Below, piece after piece: positions 1-9,779 of a DNA stretch of 64,000 nt. Where the stretch lies: the NCBI GenBank assembly GCA_951804945.1, contig OX638161.1:45508001-45572000 (forward strand). Direction: 5' to 3'. Position numbers and translations under genes: made by a program. The DNA comes from Podarcis cretensis. Lineage: Eukaryota. How positions within the stretch are numbered: position 1 is the first letter of the stretch; the number at the start of each line of letters is the position of its first letter. The notes under the pieces were generated by a model. It ran no database searches and was not told the origin of the DNA. It saw nothing but the letters and a program-made list of their open reading frames with translations.

Positions 1-220
1 ACCAACATAGTTTCTGCTTACCTACACACCTGTAAAATGCATGGATTGCATGCACTTATTTAATCACCAAAACTCTAGAATTGTCAATTCAAAAGTATAT
101 TCCTAGGTGTGTTAACTAGGTTATATTAGCACTGTTAGTCTTCCATTGATGTGAAGCCTCCCTTCTGGGATAGGAAATGCTGTGAATATTGGTAAATGAA
201 ACTTCCTATTTTACAACCAT

Positions 221-3200
221 AACGCGGTGAAGATGGATATGAGATTAATTCCAACCGGCTCCTTTAGATGGAGAATGAATGACAATTTGTTTAGAGATCA
301 GGACATTATTAAAAAGGCCCAAAAAGCTTTGAAGGACTACTTTGAGATAAACCTGAACACTACGGTGGAAAAAAGAACTGTCTGGGACGCAAGTAAGGCG
401 GTCATGAGGGGGTTTCTGATACAACAGAATACTATTAAGAAAAAAGTACAGAACGATAAGAAAGATAAGATTCTGGAGAAAATTAAAGAAGGAGAGAAGA
501 AGTTAAGATCGAGACCGAAATCAAAGGAGATAGTAAGAGAAATCAAACATTATCAAGCACAATATTCAAAACTGATAAACCAGGAAGTGGAATGGAAAGT
601 TAAGTTAATGAAACAAAGATCCTTTGAATCGGCAAATAAATGTGGAAAGCTGCTAGCATGGCAGCTGAAAAAGAGACAAAAGCTGAACACAGTAACAAGT
701 TTAGAAATTGAGGGAAGAAATATTCAGAACCCAGTGGAAATCAGAAAGTGCTTCCAGAGATATTTCAAACAACTATACACTCAAGGGCCGCAAAATGAAT
801 CAGAGATAGAACAGTTTCTAAAGAAGAATGGTTTACCAAAGTTGTCTCTGCGGAACAGAACAATCCTGAATTATAGAATAACACAATTAGAGATCGAGGA
901 GGCCATTCAGAATATGCAACTGGGCAAGTCTCCAGGGCCAGATGGGCTTACCTCCAAATATTATAAGACATTGAAAGACTATTTGATACATCCATTAATG
1001 GAGGTTTGCAATGAAATTATGGAGCGGAAGAAGGCACCGGAGTCGTGGAAAGAAGCTTTCATCACATTGATACCCAAACTAGAAACTGAAAAGACACAAC
1101 TTAAGAACTACCGCCCCATCTCCCTCCTAAATGTGGATTACAAAATATTTGCAGACATTTTAGCAAGTAGATTTAAAAAAGTTTTAAATGAAGTAATTCA
1201 CAAGGACCAGGCAGGCTTTCTCCCAGGTAGACATTTGTTTGCAAACACAAGGAACATTATTGATATTCTGGAACTCTTGCAAACAAACATTAATACAAAA
1301 GCAGTTTTGATATTTATAGACGCGGAGAAGGTCTTTGACAATATCTCCTGGAAGTTTTTGAAGAAAAATTTGGAAGGATTGGGAGTGGGGCGGGGGTTTT
1401 ACAATGGGATAGAGGCAATTTATTCAGAGCAAAAGGCAAAATTGATAGTTAACAATGTGGTGACAGAAGAGATTAGAATTGAAAAAGGAACACGACAAGG
1501 TTGCCCTATATCCCCTTTGTTATTTATATCGGTCCTAGAAGTGCTCTTGAATATGATCAGAGGAGACCAGTTGGTGGAAGGTATCCAGGTCGGAGCGAAA
1601 CAATATAAACTGAAAGCATTTGCAGATGACCTAGTTTTGACCCTACAGGAGCCAGAGCCTAGTACTAAAAGGGTATTGCAATTGATTTATGAGTTTGGTC
1701 GAGTGGCGGGATTTAAACTTAATAAGCAAAAAACCAAGGTTTTAGAAAAAAATTTGACTTCTTCAGAATCAGAAAGGTTTCAGAAAGAGACAGAATTAAA
1801 TGTGGTTAAAAAAGTAAGATACCTAGGGGTAAATATAACAGCGAAGAACAGGAACTTATTTAAAGATAATTATGAAAAATGTTGGTCTGAAATTAAAAGG
1901 GAACTAGATGTTTGGTCAAGATTGAAACTTTCTTTGACAGGACGTATTGCTGCTATTAAGATGAATGTATTGCCAAAAATGTTGTTTTTGTTTCAAACTT
2001 TGCAGATTGTAGACAAAATGGAGTGTTTTGGGAGGTGGCAGAGAGATATTTCAAAGTTTGTCTGGCAGGGCAAAAAGCCCAGAATTAAGTTTAAGATATT
2101 AACTGATGCTAAAGAAAGAGGGGGCTTTGCCCTGCCAGACTTAAAGTTGTATTATGAATCAGCAGCTTTCTGCTGGTTGAAAGACTGGCTACTTCTTGAG
2201 AACACTGATGTTTTAGATTTGGAAGGATTCAACAATGCGTTTGGGTGGCATGCATATCTGTGGTATGACAAGGCTAAAATACATAAGAACTTCAAGAACC
2301 ATGTTGTCAGAAAAGCAGTATTTAATGTCTGGTTGAAATATAAAGACTTATTGGAAAACAAGACCCCAAGGTGGTTATCACCAATGGAGGCTAAGGCCTT
2401 GAAAAAACTCAATATGGAGGCCAAATGGCCGAAATATTGGGAAATAATAGAAAAAGATGGAGATAACTGGAGGTTGCAGAGTATGGAGAAAATAAAAGAT
2501 AAAGTGCGAGATTGGCTACATTATGCTCAGATTAAAGAAGTTTTTAAGTTGGACAAAAAGGTAGGATTCCAGGTGGAAAAATCAAAGTTAGAAACAGAAC
2601 TGTTAGAACCCAGCTCTAAGATACTTTCAAGAATGTATAATTTGCTGTTAAAATGGAACACACAGGATGAAATGGTCAAATCAGCCATGATAAAATGGGC
2701 ACAGGACATAGGGTACAACATTATGTTTGCTGACTGGGAAAAGTTATGGACCACAGGTTTGAGATTTACGGCATGTAATGCCTTGAAAGAAAATATTATG
2801 AAAATGATTTACAGGTGGTACATGACCCCAGTCAAGCTTGCAAAGATATACCATGTGTCTGATAATAAATGTTGGAAGTGTAAAGAAGCTGAAGGAACAT
2901 TCTTTCACCTCTGGTGGACTTGCCCTAGAGTGAAGGTTTTCTGGGAAATGATTTATAATGAACTGAAAAAGGTATTTAAGTATACCTTCCTTAAGAAACC
3001 AGAGGCCTTTCTCTTGGGCATTGTTGGTCAGAGTGTGCAAAAGAAGGATCGAACCTTTTTCATGTACGCTACAACAGCAGCAAGGATACTCATCACTAAA
3101 AGCTGGAAAACTCAAGAATTACCCACACTGGAAGAATGGCAGATGCAACTGATAGACTATATGGAATTGGCCGAGATGACGGGCAGAATCCGAGACCTGG

Positions 3201-3630
3201 GAGAAGAACTGGTGGAGGAAGATTGGAGGAAATTCAAGGACTATCTACAAAAATATTGTAAATTGTATGATTGTTAAGAAAGATGTAAGATTAGCAAAAA
3301 TATGGCTTCAACAAACTAGTTATAAAGAATACAAATTTAAATTTAACTGGAAGATGAAAAGATAAATTTTGGATAAGTAACATTTTATAATTAAGTTTCA
3401 ATAAGAGTATGTTAAATCTTAAAATCTGAGATATTAATATTGAAAAATTATATTATATGAATTAAACCAAGTTAATAATTTGCTGGTAAAATTTATGAGT
3501 TTAGAAAGCAGGAACAAGGGTTGTGAGGAAGTCCAAAGATGAATATGAATTGTGGATTTTGGAAAAGATTGTGTTATTACCTATGTATTTTATTGTTAAA
3601 CTAAAATTTAATAAATATTATAAAAAAAAA
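221..3630 (+). mobile_element. 5'-truncated L1-clade LINE in intron 5 of V2R gene 1
   Basis: Uninterrupted ORF2, 3' UTR, AATAAA at 3610-3615 and A-tail; flanked by exact 23-bp TSD gaaacttcctattttacaaccat (198-220 and 3631-3653). Confidence 0.95.
227..3277 (+). CDS. L1 ORF2p remnant (reverse transcriptase plus C-terminal CCHC domain; endonuclease lost by 5' truncation)
   Basis: Motifs KSPGPDG, NYRPISLLNVDYKI, GTRQGCPISPLLF, FADD, CWKC-x8-H-x4-C; 1016 codons without a stop. Confidence 0.9.
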   Translation: MKMDMRLIPTGSFRWRMNDNLFRDQDIIKKAQKALKDYFEINLNTTVEKRTVWDASKAVMRGFLIQQNTIKKKVQNDKKDKILEKIKEGEKKLRSRPKSKEIVREIKHYQAQYSKLINQEVEWKVKLMKQRSFESANKCGKLLAWQLKKRQKLNTVTSLEIEGRNIQNPVEIRKCFQRYFKQLYTQGPQNESEIEQFLKKNGLPKLSLRNRTILNYRITQLEIEEAIQNMQLGKSPGPDGLTSKYYKTLKDYLIHPLMEVCNEIMERKKAPESWKEAFITLIPKLETEKTQLKNYRPISLLNVDYKIFADILASRFKKVLNEVIHKDQAGFLPGRHLFANTRNIIDILELLQTNINTKAVLIFIDAEKVFDNISWKFLKKNLEGLGVGRGFYNGIEAIYSEQKAKLIVNNVVTEEIRIEKGTRQGCPISPLLFISVLEVLLNMIRGDQLVEGIQVGAKQYKLKAFADDLVLTLQEPEPSTKRVLQLIYEFGRVAGFKLNKQKTKVLEKNLTSSESERFQKETELNVVKKVRYLGVNITAKNRNLFKDNYEKCWSEIKRELDVWSRLKLSLTGRIAAIKMNVLPKMLFLFQTLQIVDKMECFGRWQRDISKFVWQGKKPRIKFKILTDAKERGGFALPDLKLYYESAAFCWLKDWLLLENTDVLDLEGFNNAFGWHAYLWYDKAKIHKNFKNHVVRKAVFNVWLKYKDLLENKTPRWLSPMEAKALKKLNMEAKWPKYWEIIEKDGDNWRLQSMEKIKDKVRDWLHYAQIKEVFKLDKKVGFQVEKSKLETELLEPSSKILSRMYNLLLKWNTQDEMVKSAMIKWAQDIGYNIMFADWEKLWTTGLRFTACNALKENIMKMIYRWYMTPVKLAKIYHVSDNKCWKCKEAEGTFFHLWWTCPRVKVFWEMIYNELKKVFKYTFLKKPEAFLLGIVGQSVQKKDRTFFMYATTAARILITKSWKTQELPTLEEWQMQLIDYMELAEMTGRIRDLGEELVEEDWRKFKDYLQKYCKLYDC

Positions 3631-4055
3631 GAAACTTCCTATTTTACAACCATTTCTACTGATAAGCTGTGAAACATTAAAACTTAATTAATATTTCTCA
3701 ATCCAAATGGCTTGAAAGTTCTTAGTGCAAGCATAGGGACTTTATCACTCTAAACGTGCCAAAATTTGGTATGAGTTTGTAAACAAAATTTCTCTGAGAT
3801 TTATTATTTAGATTTATTTCTGATTTAATTATCCACTGGAAAGTATCCACCGAAAAATAGCTTAACTTAAAGACAAAACATATTAACACTAAGAATTTCC
3901 TGAAAAAATTATTTTTCTCTATTGTGTATGCTGTAAATTATATTGAAGTATAGTGCAGTAAAATTCAAAGTTTCCTGATCCTGAAGCATAAATATTTGTA
4001 TCTCAGTGAGACTGGAAATGCTATAACTGTAATCCTGATTTCTTTATACTTCAAG

Positions 4056-4957
4056 ATATGGATGACTGCTTCCAGTGCCAAGAAGATCGGTATCCTAACC
4101 AAGACAGAAACCAGTGCATCAGCAAGAAAGAAAACTTCTTATCTTATGAAGCACCTTTAGGCATCAGTTTGGCTCTTTTGGCTCTGGCTTTTTCTGCAAC
4201 TACAGCCTTGGTGTTTGGAATCTTCATCCAGCATCAAAACACTCCCATTGTCAAAGCCAACAACCGGAATCTCACCTACACCCTGCTCATCTCCCTCCTG
4301 CTCTGCTTCCTCTGCTCCTTGCTATTCATTGGGCGCCCCCAGTTGCTGACCTGCAATCTACGACAAACTGCCTTTGGTATTATCTTCTCAGTGGCTGTTT
4401 CTTCTGTTTTGGCTAAAACTCTCATGGTGATTCTGGCTTTCATGGCCACCAAACCAGGATCCAAGATGAGGAAATGGGTGGGGACAAGATTTTCCACCTC
4501 TATTGTTCTTGGTTGTGCTTCTATCCAGGCAAGTATTTGTATCGTATGGCTCTGTACTGACCCTCCTTTTCCAGATCTGGACTTGCACTCTCTGCCTGAA
4601 GATGTCATAGTGGAATGCAATGAAGGTTCAGCCAACATGTTCTACTATGTTCTTGGTTACATGGGGCTGCTGGCTCTTGTCAGCTTCGTTGTGGCTTTCT
4701 TTGCTCGGAAGCTGCCGGACACTTTTAATGAAGCCAAATTTATCACTTTCAGCATGTTGGTGTTTTGCAGTGTGTGGCTTTCTTTTGTTCCATCGTATTT
4801 AAGCACCAAAGGGAAGTACATAGTGGCTGTGGAGATCTTCTCCATCTTGGCCTCCAGTGCTGGAATCTTGGGTTGTATCTTCTCCCCAAAATGTTATATC
4901 ATTGTCTTCAAGCCTGAACTCAACTCAAAAGAGCAGCTAAAAAAGAGAAATAAGTAA
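4056..4957 (+). CDS. V2R gene 1, exon 6 (7TM domain); exons 1-5 lie upstream of the window
   Basis: Acceptor ttcaag at 4050-4055; [39 protein letters not shown] motifs; stop TAA 4955-4957. Confidence 0.95.
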
Positions 4958-5395
4958 CAATCTATCAGACGAAACCCAATTCCAAAGTAAGCATAGTTGA
5001 CTGGAGCAGGCATTGCTTCCATTTATGTAGAAACACCAAATGTTTCCAATGTGTCCCATTATAGCCTGAAGGTATGATGTTTTGCTTCTGTCAGAGACAG
5101 CAGATGTATAAATGCTCTTGTGTTCCTCAGAATATTCTACACTTTTGTCTAAAGAATGATGCCTTAGGCTGCATGTGCATCATATTTTACTCTAGAATCA
5201 ATGGAGATGGAATATTTCCCCCCCTATATATTGTACACACAATTTTGATCTCGTGCATATAGTTTGCCCCTTAAAAGTGATTTTAAAAATAAAATAAAAT
5301 AATTTGGTTTCATTTTAGTAGCAGACGTTTATTCTTTGGAACATGCGGAACTGCCCAAGGAAGCTGCAGTGCATGGCAGTACATTCTCAACTCTT

Positions 5396-6098
5396 TGTTG
5401 TTGTTGTTGTTTAGTCATTTAGTCGTGTCCGACTCTTCGTGACCCCATGGACCAGAGCACGCCAGGCACTCCTGTCTTCCACTGCCTCCCGCAGTTTGGT
5501 CACACTCATGTTTGTAGCTTTGAGAACACTGTCCAACCATCTTGTCCTCTGTCGTCCCTTTCTTCTTGTGCCCTCCATCTTTCCCAACATCAGGGTCTTT
5601 TATAGGGATTCTTCTCTTCTCATGAGGTGGCCAAAGTATTGGAGCCTCAGCTTCACAATCTGTGCTTCCAGTGAGCACTCGGGGCTGATTTCCTTAAGAA
5701 TTGATAGGTTTGATCTTCTTGCAGTCCATGGGACTCTCAAGAGTCTCCTCCAGCACCATAATTCAAAAGCATCAATTCTTCGGGGATCAGCCTTCTTTAT
5801 GGTCCAGCTCTCACTTCCATACATCACTACTGGGAAAACCATGGTTTTAACTATATGTACCTTTGTTGGCAAGGTGATGTCTCTGCTTTTTAAGATGCTG
5901 TCTAGGTTTGTCATCACTTTTCTCCCAAGAAGCAGGCGTCTTTTAATTTTGTGACTGCTGTCACCATCTGCAGTGATCATGGAGCCCAAGAAAGTAAAAT
6001 CTCTCACTGCCTCCATTTCTTCCCCTTCTATTTGCCAGGAGGTGATGGGACCAGTGGCCATGATCTTCGTTTTTTTGATGTTGAGCTTCAGACCACAT
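5396..6098 (-). mobile_element. 5'-truncated BovB (RTE-clade) LINE
   Basis: Minus-strand ORF with RRLLLGRK, YGSESWT, AFELWCWRRLLRVPWTARRSN; (CAA)n tail; TSD ttctcaactctt at 5384-5395 and 6099-6110. Confidence 0.93.
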
Positions 6099-6264
6099 TT
6101 CTCAACTCTTAACTTTTGATGTTGAGCTTCAGACCATATTTCTCAACTCTTAAGCAGATATTGACAATAAAACATCTGCTTTAGTTCTGAAAATAAACAC
6201 TTACTACTCATTGCTTCTGCATTACTCTGCTGTGTGTCCATTTGAAAATATATGGAAGCAGCAG

Positions 6265-7120
6265 AATGACCGCTTAAAACGCGGGGCGCCCTTTGCGTGG
6301 ACGCGCGCAGCCCCTAGATCTGGAGCGGCTCCAACAGCATAGGCTTGGCTTTGCCTTCCCTCAGGTGGGATACCTGGAGGTCTCCGCCTACCTCAGTCAG
6401 TTGTCCAATCCCACCTGGGGGAAGCGTTGCCAAGGAGACCAGGCCAGGTAGGGGAGGGATTACCTGCCCACACAATAGAGGGAGGATCTTACCTGGGAAT
6501 CCTCACGTGGCTCCAGAGCTTCTCCCACCCTACCCACCCTCAGTTAATGTCTTATTTTGCAGGTTAACTTTTCTTCACAGGTTTTGCAGGTTAACTTTTC
6601 TTCACAGGTATGCGGGCGCTGCTACGTTAAGGTCGCTGTTAAAGGGCCGGAAAGGAATTTCCCTGCATTGGCAGGTTTTGCCTTTCCCGTAGCAAAACGT
6701 CACAATTTTAACGGTATCAGGCCTTGGGCGGAATCCTTTAGTCCATCTTCCTCTTTGCGGCGGCAATTCCAGGGTTCCCCGTTAAAGTGGTTTCTGAAGG
6801 GAGGCTTTGACCGTACACCGAAAGGTTGTCATTGCTCTCCCCTGTGGCGGCGGCGTAACGGGGGCGGCTATCTCTGCTTGAACATATGTTCTCCAGAGCT
6901 GGCCCATCCCCACACACACACACTGGATAACCCTGATGCTCCCTAGGTCCCCGGCTGGGGACTGGAGAGGGAGAACACCCAGTGCCTGAGCCAAGGTCTA
7001 CCCACATTTGAAGTTTAATAAAGTTGTGGCCAATTTAATCCCATAGCACGTTGTCTTGAGTTGTTATTCCACATGACGGGGGGACCGCACGGGATCTGGG
7101 GACTCCACCTGTCCACGCAA
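6265..7120 (+). mobile_element. Putative DIRS/Ngaro-type solo terminal repeat (copy 1)
   Basis: CpG-rich non-coding block with cccaccct motif and aataaagttgtggcc; ends GCAA; only aatg shared at both junctions. Confidence 0.55.
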
Positions 7121-7559
7121 TGCAATTCCATCAATGGGAGATATACTCACACCTTCCTTCTTTATTCACTTGGGACATAAGGAGGTCAACCGGATCAGGG
7201 TTATGGTTCTCAAATGAGTGTTCTTTTCTTGTGGATGGTGGGATCCTGGACTAATCAAGGTTGTTAGCAATCCCAAAATAGGGAGGGAAAAGACATATCT
7301 CAAATGTCAAAGTTCAAGCTGTGTAGCTATGGTACCACACGGCTCCCTCTGTGGGGAGGGAATTCCAAGGGCCACAAGAGACAACGCTTTTCCCCATAGC
7401 AACCTACCCTGATATGTCTGAGGGCAGTGAAACTACTAAGAAGGTGATTCTTAGGAGATGATAAAATTGAAGAGAGTCTGTAGAGAAGGAGATGCACTCT
7501 CAGTTGTTTAGGGTTTTAAAGACTAGTCTGAGCACATTTGCAGACCAAACAGACAACCA

Positions 7560-7730
7560 AGAACAATGTGGTGGGTTGCACTCCTTCCTTCTCTCTCCCG
7601 AAAATATCACCAGCCAGGGCAAGCAAGTCAGTATAGTTGCCTTGACCAGGCCTGAAACCAAACTGAAATTGATCCAGACATTCAGTCTCCTCTAAGTGTA
7701 CCTGGAGCTGGACAAACAACACCTTCTCAA
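7560..7730 (-). mobile_element. Degenerate L2-type LINE RT fragment
   Basis: Translation LDQFQFGFRPGQG resembles the L2 RT motif LDPxQSGFRPGHS. Confidence 0.65.
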
Positions 7731-8435
7731 GTATCTTGCCCCAAAGGGGTTATTTGTCACAGGGCATGAACGCTGCCTTGCCCCTGTGATCGGGGTTGCC
7801 TGGGCAGTGTGATGTCAGCAGGCCATGCACACATGCCGTGGGCTGTTCTGATGTCACTTGCACACACTGTGGGGTGTGTTGACATGTCATGCAGACGCCC
7901 CATGGCTTCTGCACTGGTCACATCATGCTGACATCATGTGGCCCGTGCCCCCTCAATTGCGATGGCAAAGTGGGGTGACACGAGCATGCCCTTTGGCCTG
8001 CACCACAATGGCTGTTATTAAATGTTGAAGGAGCCCTGCCCCTTCCTTGAAAATATTCAGGGGAAGCCCCCAGCCCCACTTAGCACCCCTGTCACTGGGT
8101 CATAGTTTATGGCTCGTAGCTTCTGGGTCATAGCTTCTGGGTCTATAAAGGTTCTCTTAAAGAGTGGGTGTGCCATTGCCTCTATCATGCCACACACTTT
8201 ACTCTGAGCTGCTCTGGGACTGCCCATTCTCCCCTGTATCACATTATCATTTTATTTAAGATACGCAGCCCTGAGCTGGGTTTTCCTTCGGTGTTTAAAT
8301 AAACATCGCCTTTATACCTGCTGCCCCCACATATCACTTTGATCTGAAAACTTAATCCCTCATGTAGGCAAGAAAGAGGCCTTGTTCTGAACCCGGCCAT
8401 GCTCTGAGGTAAGTTCTGAGACTGCACGCAGCGAG

Positions 8436-8927
8436 TGTCATGGTCTGGCTGGATGAGGAAGAGTGGTGGCAGACAGGCTGCACCTGAGGGTGAAGGGGAC
8501 TTTGAACCAGGTTCAGACTGGTGGAATAGGGAGGAATCACTAGCGGAGAGTGAGGGTGAAGGGGAGACGCTTGAGGTAGCCACAGATGCTGATAGAGAAG
8601 GAGTGAGGACTGTGTCTCCTGCTCTGCAATACAGTCCTGATTCAGCTCCTTCCCCTTCTCCACTCCCAGCGCAGGATAGAAGGGAGGGGAAAAGGCTAGA
8701 ATGATTAAGAAAGCTGAGTCACAGTGAAAAAAATGCAAGGGGGTGGTATAAATCGGGGGGAGAGAGGACAGAATTTTAGCTTCTGCAACTGACGTGCTTA
8801 TCTGATAGGTGTGCTGTGTGGTGACTCCTTGATTACTGAGCAATAAAGTTGATTACTTCATTCACTGTTCCTGGTTCTGCTTACAGCATCAGACAACAGA
8901 CAGAGGGCCTTTTCTGGCAACCAGACA
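8436..8927 (+). mobile_element. Solo LTR (Gypsy/ERV-like)
   Basis: TGTCA...AGACA termini, TATA-like gtataaat near 8746, AATAAA near 8842; degraded flanks gcgag/atgag. Confidence 0.6.
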
Positions 8928-9561
8928 ATGAGCAACAAAGTACTCAAAGCTAATAGATGCCATGCTTGCAAAACAGAGAAGCAACCACATGTTAACACTG
9001 GCCAAGTTCTCAGTGAACTATTTCTTCCTTCCTTTCTTAGTAAAGATCCTGGACCTGGCCACTTTTTCATGCAAGGCATTTTCTATACTGTGGAACATTC
9101 CCTTCTCTGGAGCATAATGGAACACCAGCCTTTCCATTTTCTCCCATGGCCTGGCTAATCCACTATAATTTTCATTCATATCTTCCTGAAACCAGGTGCT
9201 CTGCCTGATCTTCAGTGCAACAGATAATATCTTCTCAAGGGGACAAAACATATTTTGTTCAATGTTTCTGCTGCACATGGTGCCACAGACCTAGCAATCT
9301 CCCTGGGACCGTGTACCATGTTATTATCCTAACACACAGCAGTTCATTCTTTCTCTAGCAGTATCCATATGGTATTTTGAAGCCCATATGCCACAGAGAA
9401 ACAGCAGAATGCTTATAAAAAACCACCCCATTGCCAATGACAGCTACTCTACCATTTATACACAGAGACTAGAGCTGCTATGCTGACATTGGGTGAGGAT
9501 AAGCATTTCTAGTCTTAATCAGGTGATTTATGGTTAAGAGGAGAAGCTCCTCATCTCAATA

Positions 9562-9779
9562 ATGCTAAGTTTACCCTTCTGGGTCCTACTCATGGTGTTC
9601 CCTCTATTTTTTATAAATTCTGATTTGCATTGTGTGATTGACCCCCTCCACGCCCCTCACCAGTATTATCAGCCAGGGCACTTTCTTATTGGTGGAATCA
9701 CTTCACAATTCTTTGAACCTATCTTCACTTCAATAGAGTTTGAGGGGAAGCCAAAGGAATCAGCTGATGATGAATATCT
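9562..9779 (+). CDS. V2R gene 2 exon 1 (signal peptide)
   Basis: [16 protein letters not shown]...[12 protein letters not shown]; donor GTAAGG at 9780. Confidence 0.85.

Noticed and set aside
227-3277. 1016-aa ORF as a host gene or active L1
   Set aside because: 5'-truncated TE bounded by TSDs; lacks promoter, ORF1 and nearly all of the endonuclease; the ORF begins at GTG
4276-4845. Antisense and alternate-frame ORFs overlapping V2R exons (also near 11732, 17500, 41729, 46728, 60129)
   Set aside because: Shadows of conserved V2R codons, with no independent motifs
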